From Actinomycetota bacterium (GTDB lineage: Bacteria; Actinomycetota; Actinomycetes; S36-B12): a stretch of 53,329 nucleotides of DNA. Both the position numbers and the translations under genes were made by a program. Shown here in pieces: positions 19,881 through 29,136 of the stretch; the first letter of the stretch is position 1, and each line of letters starts with the position of its first letter. The stretch is from the NCBI GenBank assembly GCA_041164085.1, contig JBEAQC010000054.1:1-53329 (forward strand), in the 5' to 3' direction. The notes under the pieces are model-generated. The model was not told where the DNA came from. It was given only the letters and a program-made list of their open reading frames with translations, and ran no database searches.

Positions 19881-20801
19881 CTAGCGGCTCAGCACGAGCC
19901 GAGCTCCGGGCGCCGGTCCCACCGCATGACGCACACCCCGGGCGACGCCGGCACCCGCCAGCTCGGCCGCGAGACTGATTGCTGCGTCCCGACTTTCGGC
20001 CAGGAAGACGCAGGTGGGTCCACTCCCCGACACCATCCCTGCGAGTGCACCCAACTCCAGGCCCATGTCCAAGACCCCGCGCAGCGACGGGCGCAGGGAC
20101 AGCGCCGCAGGCTCGAGGTCGTTGACCAGGTGCCGAGCGATCTCGCGAGGATCGCCGTGGCGCAGCGCTGCCAGAAGCGGCCCGTCGACATCCGCGCTCG
20201 ACGCCACGACGTGACCTGACTCCGCGAGCCGATCCCAAGCGGCGTAGACCTCCGGCGTTGACAGCTCACCCTCGCTGAGGGCGACGACCCAGTGCAGAGT
20301 GGCAGCAGTCAGTACCGGGGTGAGGATCTCGCCGCGCCCGGTGCCCTTGGCCGTGCCGCCCAGCAGCGAGAAGGGCACATCGGAGCCCAGCGATGCCGCG
20401 ATACCGGTGAGCTCGTCATCCGTGGTCGCCAGCCCCCAGAGCGCGCGCAGCGCGACCAGCGTGGCAGCGGCATCGGCGCTCCCGCCAGCCATCCCGGCCG
20501 CGACGGGGATGGCCTTGATGATGTCGATGGTGACATCGGGATCATCCATCCCGGCCACCCGCGCGAGCGCGAGGGCCGCTCGGGCCGCGATGTTGGCGTC
20601 ACCGCTCGGCACGGACTCGACGCGCTCTCCCATCGTGGTGACGACCCGACCTGCCCCCGGGCCGCCGCGCGTCACCCGGACCTCATCGGTGAGAGAGACG
20701 GCGTGGAACACCGTGGAGATGTCGTGGTAGCCGTCGGGGCGCAGGCCCAGGATGCGAAGACTCAGGTTGACCTTGCCCGGTGCGACACAGATCGACGTCA
20801 C
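19881..20801 (-). CDS. ispE: 4-(cytidine 5'-diphospho)-2-C-methyl-D-erythritol kinase
   Basis: 306 aa. APGKVNLSLRILGLRPDGYH and the GHMP kinase motif PVAAGMAGGSADAAA. Confidence 0.94.
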   Translation of the reverse strand: MTSICVAPGKVNLSLRILGLRPDGYHDISTVFHAVSLTDEVRVTRGGPGAGRVVTTMGERVESVPSGDANIAARAALALARVAGMDDPDVTIDIIKAIPVAAGMAGGSADAAATLVALRALWGLATTDDELTGIAASLGSDVPFSLLGGTAKGTGRGEILTPVLTAATLHWVVALSEGELSTPEVYAAWDRLAESGHVVASSADVDGPLLAALRHGDPREIARHLVNDLEPAALSLRPSLRGVLDMGLELGALAGMVSGSGPTCVFLAESRDAAISLAAELAGAGVARGVRHAVGPAPGARLVLSR

Positions 20802-20825
20802 GTGCCGACAGTATCGGGCAACCGC

Positions 20826-21716
20826 TCACACGAGCGCACGTGCGCCGGCAATCCTTGCGAAGGCGCTGACATCGAGGCTCTCGCCGCGCGCCCCTGGGTC
20901 AACGCCGGCCGCGCGAAGGATGCGCTCGGCATCGGCAGCGGAACCCGCCCATCCCGCGAGGGCGGCACGCAGTGTCTTGCGCCGTTGCGCGAACGCAGCA
21001 TCGATAACGGTGAAGACCTCGGCGCGCGTCGCCGGCGTGCGCGGTGGATCGTGCCGGGTGAAGGAGACCAGCCCCGACTCCACGCGCGGGACAGGCCAGA
21101 ACACTCCTGCGGGGACCGATCCCGCGCGTTCGGCCCGAGCGAACCATGCGAGTTTGACCGATGGGACGCCGTAGACGCGACTGCCCGGTGGCGCGACGAG
21201 TCGATCGGCCACCTCGGCCTGCACCATGACCAGGCCCGACCTGAGGGAAGGGAATGCGGCGAGCAGGTGCAGGACGACCGGCACGGCGACGTTGTACGGC
21301 AGGTTCGCGACGAGTGCTGTCGGCGGTATCGGGAGTTCGTCGATGCGAAGTGCATCCGCCGCGATGACCTCGAGTCGCTCGAGCCATTCCGGTCTCAGGC
21401 TGCCCACGGTGTCGGGCAGTGCCTGCGCCAGCACCGGATCAATCTCGACCGCCTCCACGCGAGCCCCTGAGGCAAGCAGCCCGAGCGTCAGGCTGCCGAG
21501 ACCGGGACCCACCTCGAGAACGACATCACCCGGGAGAACACCGGCCAATCGCACGATCCGCCGGACGGTGTTGGCGTCAACCACGAAGTTCTGGCCCCAC
21601 TGCTTGGTCGGCCGAATGCCCCAGCGCTCGGCAATGGAACGCAGATCCGAGGCACCGAGCAACGCCGGCAGCGCCTCCCCCGGGTCGTCGCCGTCACTCG
21701 CGACCTGATCTACCAC
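20826..21716 (-). CDS. rsmA: 16S rRNA (adenine1518-N6/adenine1519-N6)-dimethyltransferase
   Basis: [15 protein letters not shown] and [13 protein letters not shown] motifs. The start is set at GTG 21716 (7-nt overlap with the tatD stop). The track start at 21746 is the alternative. Confidence 0.92.
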   Translation of the reverse strand: MVDQVASDGDDPGEALPALLGASDLRSIAERWGIRPTKQWGQNFVVDANTVRRIVRLAGVLPGDVVLEVGPGLGSLTLGLLASGARVEAVEIDPVLAQALPDTVGSLRPEWLERLEVIAADALRIDELPIPPTALVANLPYNVAVPVVLHLLAAFPSLRSGLVMVQAEVADRLVAPPGSRVYGVPSVKLAWFARAERAGSVPAGVFWPVPRVESGLVSFTRHDPPRTPATRAEVFTVIDAAFAQRRKTLRAALAGWAGSAADAERILRAAGVDPGARGESLDVSAFARIAGARALV

Positions 21717-22555
21717 TGGCCGAAGGCCCGCATGGCGTTGTCCCACAGGTCAGTGCACACCTGCTCAAGCGGCTCGCCCCGTGTCTCCGCCATCGTGCGC
21801 ACCGTGAGTGGCACGAGATAGGACGCATTGACGGCACCCCGGTGCGGCACGGGGGTGAGATAGGGCGCATCCGTCTCCACGAGCATGCTGCTGCGAGGCA
21901 GGACGGCGAGAGCCTCGCGCAGATCTCCGGCACTCTTGTAGGTGACGACCCCGGCAAAGGAGCAGAACCAGTCGCGATCCGCGCAGTGCCTGGCCATCTC
22001 GGCATCCCCTGAGAAGCAGTGGAACACCACGCGATCGGGAGCCCCCTCCTCGTCGAGGATCCGCAGGATGTCACCGTGAGCTTCGCGATCGTGGATGACC
22101 AGGGTGCGATCGAGTCGCTTCGCAATATCAATATGACGTCTGAACGACTCGTGCTGGAGTTGCTGGTCCGCCTCATCGCGCGTGCGGTAGTAGTCCAGTC
22201 CCGTCTCGCCCACGGCGCGCACGTGGGGATCGGCCGCGAGCCGCTCGATGTGATCGATCGCATCGTCGAGGCCCGCTGAGCCCTCCCTCGCCACGATGCG
22301 GGGCACATCATTGGGGTGAAGCGCGACAGCCGCCACGACTTCTGGCGTCACTCTCGCGATATCGACAGCCCACGAGGACGAGGCGACGTCGCAGCCGACC
22401 TGCACGACGCGAGCCACACCGGCGTCACGGGCGAGGGCGAGGGCCTCAGCAGGAGGAAGGGTCTCGCCGAGATGCCGATCCGTGACGTCGAGGTGGCAGT
22501 GAGTGTCGACCACCGGCCGTGGCAGCGGCTGTGTCGGCCCGGGCCGCTCCTTCAC
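21710..22555 (-). CDS. TatD family metal-dependent hydrolase (DNase)
   Basis: 281 aa. [18 protein letters not shown] and ETDAPYL motifs. GTGA overlap with the metG stop. Confidence 0.92.
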   Translation of the reverse strand: MKERPGPTQPLPRPVVDTHCHLDVTDRHLGETLPPAEALALARDAGVARVVQVGCDVASSSWAVDIARVTPEVVAAVALHPNDVPRIVAREGSAGLDDAIDHIERLAADPHVRAVGETGLDYYRTRDEADQQLQHESFRRHIDIAKRLDRTLVIHDREAHGDILRILDEEGAPDRVVFHCFSGDAEMARHCADRDWFCSFAGVVTYKSAGDLREALAVLPRSSMLVETDAPYLTPVPHRGAVNASYLVPLTVRTMAETRGEPLEQVCTDLWDNAMRAFGQW

Positions 22556-24132
22556 TGAGCGTCGTCCTCGAGCCTGGGGAAGAGAATGGCTCCCTTATCC
22601 ACGCGCGCACCCGCAGGGAGCTGGCCCCAGGTCGCCACGCTCTCGATCCGCTGCTCCCCCAGCGGGCCGAGCGTGGAGGCTGCGCCGATCTGCTCCCAGA
22701 GGACACTCATCGCCTTGGGCATGATCGGGTTGTAGAGCGTCGCGATGGCGCGAAGTGACTCGCAGACGGTGTAGAGGATCGTGTTCAGGCGCTCCGCTCG
22801 GGCCTCGTCCTTGGCAACGACCCAGGGCTCCTGCTCCGTGACGTAGAGATTCACCGCATCGATGAAGCGCCTCACCGCGGCGATACCACCCGCAAAGTCC
22901 AGCGCGCACATCGCAGCGTCGGCCTCGGGCACGATCTCCGCAAGCAGCCGCTGCAGGTGATCTTCTGCCGCCGAATACTCGCCCGCAGACGGAAGCACGC
23001 CGCCGCGATAGCGCTGTACCATCGCCGTGGCGCGGGAGGCGAGATTGCCCAAGCCATTGGCAAGTTCGGCGGTGTAGCGCGCCGACATGTCCTCCCAGGA
23101 GAAGGATCCGTCCTGCCCGAACTGGATGGCGCGCATGAAGTAGTAGCGGAAGGCATCCGAGCCGAAGTGGTCGACGATCTGCTCGGGGGCGATTCCCGTG
23201 AGGCGCGTCTTGCTCATCTTCTCACCGCCCACGAGCAGCCAGCCATGCGCAAAAACCTTGCGGGGCAGCGCCACATCGGCCGCCATGAGCATTGCCGGCC
23301 AGTAGACCGCATGGAACCGCAGGATGTCCTTGCCGACCAGGTGCACGTCTGCAGGCCACGTGCGGGCGAAGAAATCCGCGTCGGGACTCCCCTCGGGCGC
23401 GCCGTAGCCGACGGCGGTCGCGTAATTCAGGAGAGCGTCGAACCAGACGTAGACCACTTGGCGCTCGTCCCAGGGCAGGCCGATCCCCCAGCTGACGCTG
23501 CTTCGCGACATCGAGATGTCGACGAGGCCTTGGCGCAGGAAGGACATGACCTCGTTGTAGGCACTCTGTGGCTCGATGGCGTCAGGATGGGCTTCATAGT
23601 GCGCGATCAGGGCGTCTGTGAAGGCTGACAGCTTGAAGAACCAGTTGGTCTCCTTGAGCATCTCGACGGGGCGCTGGTGCACGGGACACAAGTCCTCGCC
23701 GGCCGGCCCGGAAACGAGATCGCCCGCGAGTTTGAACTCCTCGCATCCCACGCAGTAGGGGCCCTCGTAGTCGGCCTCGTAGACGAAGCCGCGGTCCCGG
23801 ACGACCTCCCAGAAGTGCTGAACCCGGTCTTTGTGGCGTGGCTCCGTCGTCCGGATGAAGTCGTCATTGGCCGCGTCGATGGTCTCCAGGACCGAACGCC
23901 ACGACTCGTCCACGAGTCGATCTACCCATTCCTGCGGTGACACGCCACCCGATTCAGCGGCTCGCTGGACCTTGGTGCCGTGCTCGTCGACGCCCGTGAG
24001 GTACCACACGTCATCACCGCGCTGTCGACGCCAGCGCGTGAGGACGTCGCCTGCTGTCGTGGTGTAGGCATGGCCGATGTGGGGGGCGTCGTTGACGTAA
24101 TAGATCGGCGTCGTGACGTAGTAGGCGGCCAT
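22552..24132 (-). CDS. metG: Methionine--tRNA ligase
   Basis: 526 aa. Class I HIGH (PHIGHAYT) and KMSKS (KMSKT) motifs. YYVTTPIYYVND N-terminus. Confidence 0.96.
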   Translation of the reverse strand: MAAYYVTTPIYYVNDAPHIGHAYTTTAGDVLTRWRRQRGDDVWYLTGVDEHGTKVQRAAESGGVSPQEWVDRLVDESWRSVLETIDAANDDFIRTTEPRHKDRVQHFWEVVRDRGFVYEADYEGPYCVGCEEFKLAGDLVSGPAGEDLCPVHQRPVEMLKETNWFFKLSAFTDALIAHYEAHPDAIEPQSAYNEVMSFLRQGLVDISMSRSSVSWGIGLPWDERQVVYVWFDALLNYATAVGYGAPEGSPDADFFARTWPADVHLVGKDILRFHAVYWPAMLMAADVALPRKVFAHGWLLVGGEKMSKTRLTGIAPEQIVDHFGSDAFRYYFMRAIQFGQDGSFSWEDMSARYTAELANGLGNLASRATAMVQRYRGGVLPSAGEYSAAEDHLQRLLAEIVPEADAAMCALDFAGGIAAVRRFIDAVNLYVTEQEPWVVAKDEARAERLNTILYTVCESLRAIATLYNPIMPKAMSVLWEQIGAASTLGPLGEQRIESVATWGQLPAGARVDKGAILFPRLEDDAQ

Positions 24133-24143
24133 GGTGGGCGATC

Positions 24144-25049
24144 CTACTTTCCAGCCTCGGTTGCCTTCCCCTTGGCACGCACAACCGCGTCGTAGACATC
24201 GCGGCGGCCCACGCCACGACGACGCGCCACCGTCGTGATTGCGCTTCGACGATCCGATCCCGTGGCCTCGAGGCTCGCGACGTCAGCGGCCCACTCAGCC
24301 GGTTCGCCCGTGACACGGCTGGTTGTCGCGCCACCGACAACGACCGTGATCTCACCCCGCGGTTCGCCGAGGTCAGCGAGAAGTGCACCGAGTTGACCCC
24401 GGCGGACTTCTTCGTAGGTCTTGGTGAGTTCTCGACAGATGGCGGCGTCCCGATCCGCACCGAATCCCTCAACGAGCGCTGCGAGCATCTCCGGGAGCCG
24501 GTGCGGCGCCTCGAAGAAGATCATCGTGCGCCGCTCCTCAGCGAGTTCCTCGATCCGCCGACGGCGCTCGCCGGGGCGCCTGGGCAGGAACCCTTCGAAG
24601 CAGAAGCGGTCCACCGGGAGTCCTGACACCGCGAGGGCTGCCAGCACCGCGCTCGGTCCGGGGAGGACGGTGACGGCGATGCCCTCGTCGATGCACGCTC
24701 GCACGAGCCGGTAGCCCGGGTCGCTGATCAGGGGCATGCCCGCATCACTCACAAGGAGCACGTCCTCACCACGATGCAGGCGCTCGACGAGTCGACCGGT
24801 GCGGCTGCCCTCAACGGCGTCGTGGAGCGAAATCACGTCCGCGGTGAGCGTGAGCCCGAGGTCACGGGCCAGACGATGCAGTCGGCGGGTGTCCTCCGCT
24901 GCGATCACGCGGGAGTCGATCATCGCCTCTGTCAGGCGAACGCTCGCGTCCGACACATTGCCGAGCGGGGTGGCGGCGATGGTGAGGACGCCGGGCGCTG
25001 ACACCCGCCCATCTTCGCAGGCGAGCCGGGCAGGCCACCCTGGCATCAA
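24144..25049 (-). CDS. rsmI: 16S rRNA (cytidine1402-2'-O)-methyltransferase
   Basis: LTIAATPLGNVSDASVRL, SDAGMPLISDPG and FEAPHR are tetrapyrrole-methylase-fold RsmI motifs. The true start may be the internal GTG at 25004. Confidence 0.9.
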   Translation of the reverse strand: MMPGWPARLACEDGRVSAPGVLTIAATPLGNVSDASVRLTEAMIDSRVIAAEDTRRLHRLARDLGLTLTADVISLHDAVEGSRTGRLVERLHRGEDVLLVSDAGMPLISDPGYRLVRACIDEGIAVTVLPGPSAVLAALAVSGLPVDRFCFEGFLPRRPGERRRRIEELAEERRTMIFFEAPHRLPEMLAALVEGFGADRDAAICRELTKTYEEVRRGQLGALLADLGEPRGEITVVVGGATTSRVTGEPAEWAADVASLEATGSDRRSAITTVARRRGVGRRDVYDAVVRAKGKATEAGK

Positions 25050-25072
25050 CCGATCGTGCCTACGATGGGCCG

Positions 25073-26638
25073 ATGTCAGCCCCGCCGGCGCCAGCCATTG
25101 CGTCCTCCCCGGCCGCCGTCGCAGGGGTAGCTCGCGATCTCTTCCCGCCGATGCCGAGCACCGGCTGGCGAGGATGGATCGGCCCGGTCTTCGCCATGCT
25201 GGTGGGTGGCCTGCTCCGCTTCGTCAACCTCGGTCGCCCGGACGCATTCGCCTTCGATGAGGTCTATTACGCCAAGGACGGGCTTGCGCTGCTGCGCTAC
25301 GGACACGAGCAGCAGTTCGATGACAGCGCCAACGAACTGATCCTCGCCTCAGACGGCAACTGGCGCACGATCGATGTCTTCAAGGACGACCCGGCGTTCG
25401 TCGTGCACCCACCCTTCGGCAAGTGGGTTATCGCCGGAGGCGAGTGGCTCTTCGGAGTCACTCCGTTCGGTTGGCGCTTCGCCGTTGCCGTCCTCGGCAC
25501 GCTCTCGATACTCATGGCTGCGCGCATCGCGCGACGGCTCACTCGGTCGGACCTCGTAGGCACCGTCACCGGATTGCTCGTAGCACTGGACGGAATGCAC
25601 CTCGTCACCAGCCGCACCGCGGTCCTCGACATGGTGCTCTCCTTCACCGTCCTGGCTGCCTTCGGCTGCCTGCTGCTCGATCGAGACCAGGTGCGTCACC
25701 GATTAGCGGGGCGGTCCCTCGTCTCTGATGCGTGGGGACCGGCGCTCGGACCCCGGCCATGGCGCTGGGCAGCGGGCATTGCCCTGGGTCTCTCCTGCGC
25801 CGTGAAGTGGTCCGGGCTGTGGTACCTCGCGGCCTTCGGACTACTCACCGTGATCTGGGACGTGTCCTTGAGGCGCCGCCTGGGCGTAGACCGTCCCTGG
25901 TCCGTGACGCTCCTGCGCAGTGCGCCCATCGCCTTTGCCGCCATGGTCGGCACCGCCGCCGTGACCTACCTCGTCACATGGTCCGGTTGGCTGCTCACCG
26001 ACGGCGGCTGGGGGCGGCAATGGGCCGACAACAGTTCCTCGATCGTCCCGGCAGCACTCCGGTCGCTGTGGAACTACCACGCACAGGCGTGGAACTTCCA
26101 TGTCGGACTGACCGGCGATCACTCCTACCAGTCCAATCCGCTCAGTTGGTTCGTCCAGACCAGGCCCACCTCGTTCTACTGGTCGAGTCTGGAGCGCGGC
26201 GAGAGCGGCTGCACGGCGGATTCGTGTGCAGCGGAGGTCCTCGCTCTCGGCAATCCCGTCATCTGGTGGATCGGATCGATCGCGCTGCTCTATCTCATCT
26301 GGAGGTGGATCACTCGCCGTGACTGGCGCGCAGGGGCGGTGCTGCTCGCGGTCCTCGCCGGCTGGGTGCCGTGGCTGCTCTACCTCGACCGGACGATCTT
26401 CTCGTTCTACTCGGTGGTCTTCCTGCCCTACCTGGCCATGGCGCTCGCCATCATGATCGGCGCCCTCGTCGGCACTGCTGATGCCGAGCGCAGCCGACGG
26501 AGGTCGGGGACCCTCATCGCCGCCGGCATTCTCGTGCTCGTCGTCATCGCGGCCTGGTGGTTCTACCCGATTTGGACCGCCGAGGTCATCCCGTATACCC
26601 AGTGGACCTGGCGTATGTGGATGCCGACCTGGGTCTGA
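25073..26638 (+). CDS. Dolichyl-phosphate-mannose--protein mannosyltransferase (PMT family, GT39-like)
   Basis: 521 aa polytopic membrane protein. FDEVYYAKDG...HPPFGKW is the PMT loop-1 signature. Its position next to rsmI matches M. tuberculosis Rv1002c. Confidence 0.88.
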   Translation: MSAPPAPAIASSPAAVAGVARDLFPPMPSTGWRGWIGPVFAMLVGGLLRFVNLGRPDAFAFDEVYYAKDGLALLRYGHEQQFDDSANELILASDGNWRTIDVFKDDPAFVVHPPFGKWVIAGGEWLFGVTPFGWRFAVAVLGTLSILMAARIARRLTRSDLVGTVTGLLVALDGMHLVTSRTAVLDMVLSFTVLAAFGCLLLDRDQVRHRLAGRSLVSDAWGPALGPRPWRWAAGIALGLSCAVKWSGLWYLAAFGLLTVIWDVSLRRRLGVDRPWSVTLLRSAPIAFAAMVGTAAVTYLVTWSGWLLTDGGWGRQWADNSSSIVPAALRSLWNYHAQAWNFHVGLTGDHSYQSNPLSWFVQTRPTSFYWSSLERGESGCTADSCAAEVLALGNPVIWWIGSIALLYLIWRWITRRDWRAGAVLLAVLAGWVPWLLYLDRTIFSFYSVVFLPYLAMALAIMIGALVGTADAERSRRRSGTLIAAGILVLVVIAAWWFYPIWTAEVIPYTQWTWRMWMPTWV

Positions 26639-26641
26639 CCC

Positions 26642-27139
26642 TCAGCGCTCGGAGCACCAGTCGCTGGCATCCTCCGGCATCAGGCAGGCGCCGTACGTCA
26701 CGACCGTCTTGCCGAAGGAGTACTCCGTGCCGTCTGACAGGGTTCCGGTGGATGCTGGCATCGTCAGCCGCACACGCGTCGTCGACATCTCCGAGAGGAA
26801 TTCACGCGGCACGCGCACGACAGTGCGATAGGAGTACGGCTCCTCGCATCCCTTGGCGCCCGTGATCTTGACGGTGATCGCTTTGTTCCTCACCCAGCCA
26901 CGGTCGGTCTTGTGCCGCACATAGGTGCGGGGCGACGCCGGGTACTTCCAGCACTCGACGATGTCGAGGTACTCCACCACGTCAGCAGGCTCGTCGCACG
27001 AGTACGTCGCGGAGTACTCGCGGTCGATCCAATGGCATGCCGACACCGGGCCCTCGGCCTGCGCGGGTGCCGCGGCAACAGCACCGCCCGTCATGACGAG
27101 CACCGCGGTCACGGCAGCCGCACCGATCTTGCCAACCAT
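26642..27139 (-). CDS. Hypothetical secreted cysteine-rich protein
   Basis: ATG 27139 has a GGAGG 5 nt upstream. Sec signal peptide MVGKIGAAAVTAVLVMTGGAVAAAPAQA|EG. The mature ~137 aa carries 6 Cys. I recognise no family. The 390-aa track ORF extending through the tRNA-Ala gene is an artefact. Confidence 0.7.
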   Translation of the reverse strand: MVGKIGAAAVTAVLVMTGGAVAAAPAQAEGPVSACHWIDREYSATYSCDEPADVVEYLDIVECWKYPASPRTYVRHKTDRGWVRNKAITVKITGAKGCEEPYSYRTVVRVPREFLSEMSTTRVRLTMPASTGTLSDGTEYSFGKTVVTYGACLMPEDASDWCSER

Positions 27140-27263
27140 GGGGAACCTCCTCGGCCCACCACCGTAGGCGGGGGGCCGGTCTGATGCGCGGTGATCCCGC
27201 GGCGACCACGCGGGGGCCTGCGGAAATTCCCAGGAAATGGAACCGCGGCCGCCCTGCCGGGTG

Positions 27264-27337
27264 TGGAGCTGAGGGGATTTGAACCCCTGACCCCCTCGAT
27301 GCGAACGAGGTGCGCTACCGGACTGCGCTACAGCCCC
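27264..27337 (-). tRNA. tRNA-Ala (anticodon CGC)
   Basis: Reverse complement is GGGGCUG-UA-GCGC-AGUCCGGUA-GCGC-A-CCUCG-UUCGCAU-CGAGG-GGGUC-AGGGG-UUCAAAU-CCCCU-CAGCUCC-A. The G3:U70 Ala identity pair is present. Confidence 0.93.
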
Positions 27338-27358
27338 GGGGGGCCTAAGCCCCGTCGG

Positions 27359-27374
27359 CCGAGGTCTCCCTCGG
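27359..27374 (-). terminator. Hairpin downstream of the galU-moeA-moaC-GNAT-membrane operon; a second hairpin lies at 27340..27353
   Basis: CCGAGG-TCTC-CCTCGG (6-bp stem), followed by GGGGC-CTAA-GCCCC. No U tract. Confidence 0.3.
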
Positions 27375-27437
27375 ACAGGCGGTGACACTACACCAGCGCC
27401 GCGAGAGAGCACGCCGCAGGTGAGGCGGCGGACGAGG

Positions 27438-28088
27438 TCACGCGGTCTGGTCGAAGACCTCGTCCCACGTGACGGTAGGACGTGGTGCGCGGCCGACATG
27501 GTCCGCGGCAACGTGGTCGATGTCGATCGGCTCGATGCGGACCTCAGCTGCGGCGACGTGATCATTCGATCGCGCTTCACGGCGCTCGCGCCGGTCTTCG
27601 AGGGCACGCTGCGCGGCGATGCGAGATGCCCGCCGCTCAGACAGCACCGCTGCCGGAAGGTAGCCAAGGAACGGGATCCACAGCGCAGCGGTGCCCAGCC
27701 CCGGGAGGAGCCCAGCGATCCAGGCCGCCGTACCGAGTGCACCGAGCGTGGCGGTCGCAGCGACGATGACGCGCCGGCGGCGCGCAGCAAGTCCGTGTGC
27801 GGCCTCGGGATCATGGGCGATGCGAGCGAGTGTGCCCATGGCGACCCGGTGCCGCTCGATGCGCTTGGCCTGATCGTCGTCGTGACGGCGCAGCCACATG
27901 GGGATCAGAACTGCGGCCCAGAGGGCCACGATCGCCACATAGATCAGACCCGTCACATCAATGAACGGTATGTGGACAGCAGCCCCGAGTGGTGGATCTC
28001 GACGCTGGACCGATGGCGTGTCGCGGAGCGGTGCAGCACTGGCCGCGGCGCTGATCAGCTCCGAGAGTCGATGCGGGAGGACCTCCAT
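27438..28088 (-). CDS. Hypothetical integral membrane protein (Rv0996-like position)
   Basis: In-frame ATG 28088 gives MEVLPHRLSELIS... Three predicted TM helices (LIYVAIVALWAAVLIPMWL, VIVAATATLGALGTAAWIAGLL, ALWIPFLGYLPAAVL) and a charged C-terminus. The start is uncertain, since it overlaps the GNAT gene end by 34 nt. Confidence 0.6.
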   Translation of the reverse strand: MEVLPHRLSELISAAASAAPLRDTPSVQRRDPPLGAAVHIPFIDVTGLIYVAIVALWAAVLIPMWLRRHDDDQAKRIERHRVAMGTLARIAHDPEAAHGLAARRRRVIVAATATLGALGTAAWIAGLLPGLGTAALWIPFLGYLPAAVLSERRASRIAAQRALEDRRERREARSNDHVAAAEVRIEPIDIDHVAADHVGRAPRPTVTWDEVFDQTA

Positions 28089-28663
28089 CGCGCGAGGACA
28101 CCCTCGGGCACCTCGTCCGCGCACAGCGCAAAGGTGAGGTGATCGCGCCAATCGCCATCGATATGCAGATAGCGCTCCCGGATGCCCTCCTGTCGGAAGC
28201 CGAGCTTCTCCACTACCCGCAATGATGCGGCGTTCTCCGGACGGATGTTGATCTCGACACGATGAAGGCCGACCTCTCGGAAGCAGTGGTCGGTGGTGAG
28301 CGCGACAGCCGTCGGCATGATGCCACGGCCCGCACACCTCTCGTCGATCCAGTAGCCGATGTAGGCGCTCAGCAAGGAGCCGCGGGAGATCCCACCGACG
28401 GTGACCTGACCGGCGAAGGCGCCATCGACGACAAGGGCGAAGGGCAGGCTGCGCCCCTCGCGCGCCTCGGCCCGAAGCCGGCGCACCATCGAGGCGTATG
28501 TGGTGGGCGCGTCGTGCTCGGCCAGCGGCAGCGTGGCCTCCCACGGGCGCAACCACCGGGCGTTGCGCGAGCGAACTTCACGCCACGCGGAGGCGTCCCG
28601 CAGGCGCAGCGGCTTCAACTCAACACTGCCCTCGCGCAGACGCGCCGGCCAACCCCGCGTCAT
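28055..28663 (-). CDS. GNAT family N-acetyltransferase (RimJ-like)
   Basis: WLRPWE...GYWIDERCAGRGIMPTAV...GLHRVEINIRPENAASLRVVEKLGFRQEG is a RimJ/RimL-type GNAT. The start is set at ATG 28663 (ATGA overlap with the moaC stop). Confidence 0.88.
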   Translation of the reverse strand: MTRGWPARLREGSVELKPLRLRDASAWREVRSRNARWLRPWEATLPLAEHDAPTTYASMVRRLRAEAREGRSLPFALVVDGAFAGQVTVGGISRGSLLSAYIGYWIDERCAGRGIMPTAVALTTDHCFREVGLHRVEINIRPENAASLRVVEKLGFRQEGIRERYLHIDGDWRDHLTFALCADEVPEGVLARWRSSRIDSRS

Positions 28664-29136
28664 TCCGGTCGCACCCACCGGCCACGCTTGCCGCCCGTCT
28701 TCTCGTCGAGCTGGATGTCCGAGATGACCGCCGCGGGATCAACGGCCTTCACCATGTCGACGAGGGCGAGAGCGGCCACGCTCACGCACGTGAGAGCCTC
28801 CATCTCGACCCCCGTGCGATCCGCCGTGCGGACGGTGGCGACGATGCACACCGAGTCCGCATCGATCCGCAGGTCCACATCGACTCCGTGGATAGCCAAC
28901 GGGTGACACAGCGGGACGAGATCCGGCGTGCGCTTCGCTGCCTGGATACCCGCGATGCGCGCGACGGCCAGCGCGTCCCCCTTGGGCATCCCGGATCCCC
29001 GGAGCAGGGCGATGACCTCGGCCGACACCCGGACGCGGCCTGACGCGGTCGCGGTGCGGACAGTGATCTCCTTGCCGCTGACGTCCACCATCCGAGCCGC
29101 ACCTCGCTCATCGAGATGGGTGAAGTCCTCGCTCAT
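28660..29136 (-). CDS. moaC: Cyclic pyranopterin monophosphate synthase
   Basis: 158 aa. THLDERGAARMVDVSGK and IPLCHPL-like (LVPLCHPLAIHGV) motifs. Confidence 0.95.
   Translation of the reverse strand: MSEDFTHLDERGAARMVDVSGKEITVRTATASGRVRVSAEVIALLRGSGMPKGDALAVARIAGIQAAKRTPDLVPLCHPLAIHGVDVDLRIDADSVCIVATVRTADRTGVEMEALTCVSVAALALVDMVKAVDPAAVISDIQLDEKTGGKRGRWVRPE

Noticed and set aside
26639-27440. A genomic island integrated at tRNA-Ala.
   Set aside because: Only one small gene lies between the tRNA and the conserved PMT gene. I found no integrase, no duplicated tRNA 3' segment, and conserved operons on both sides.
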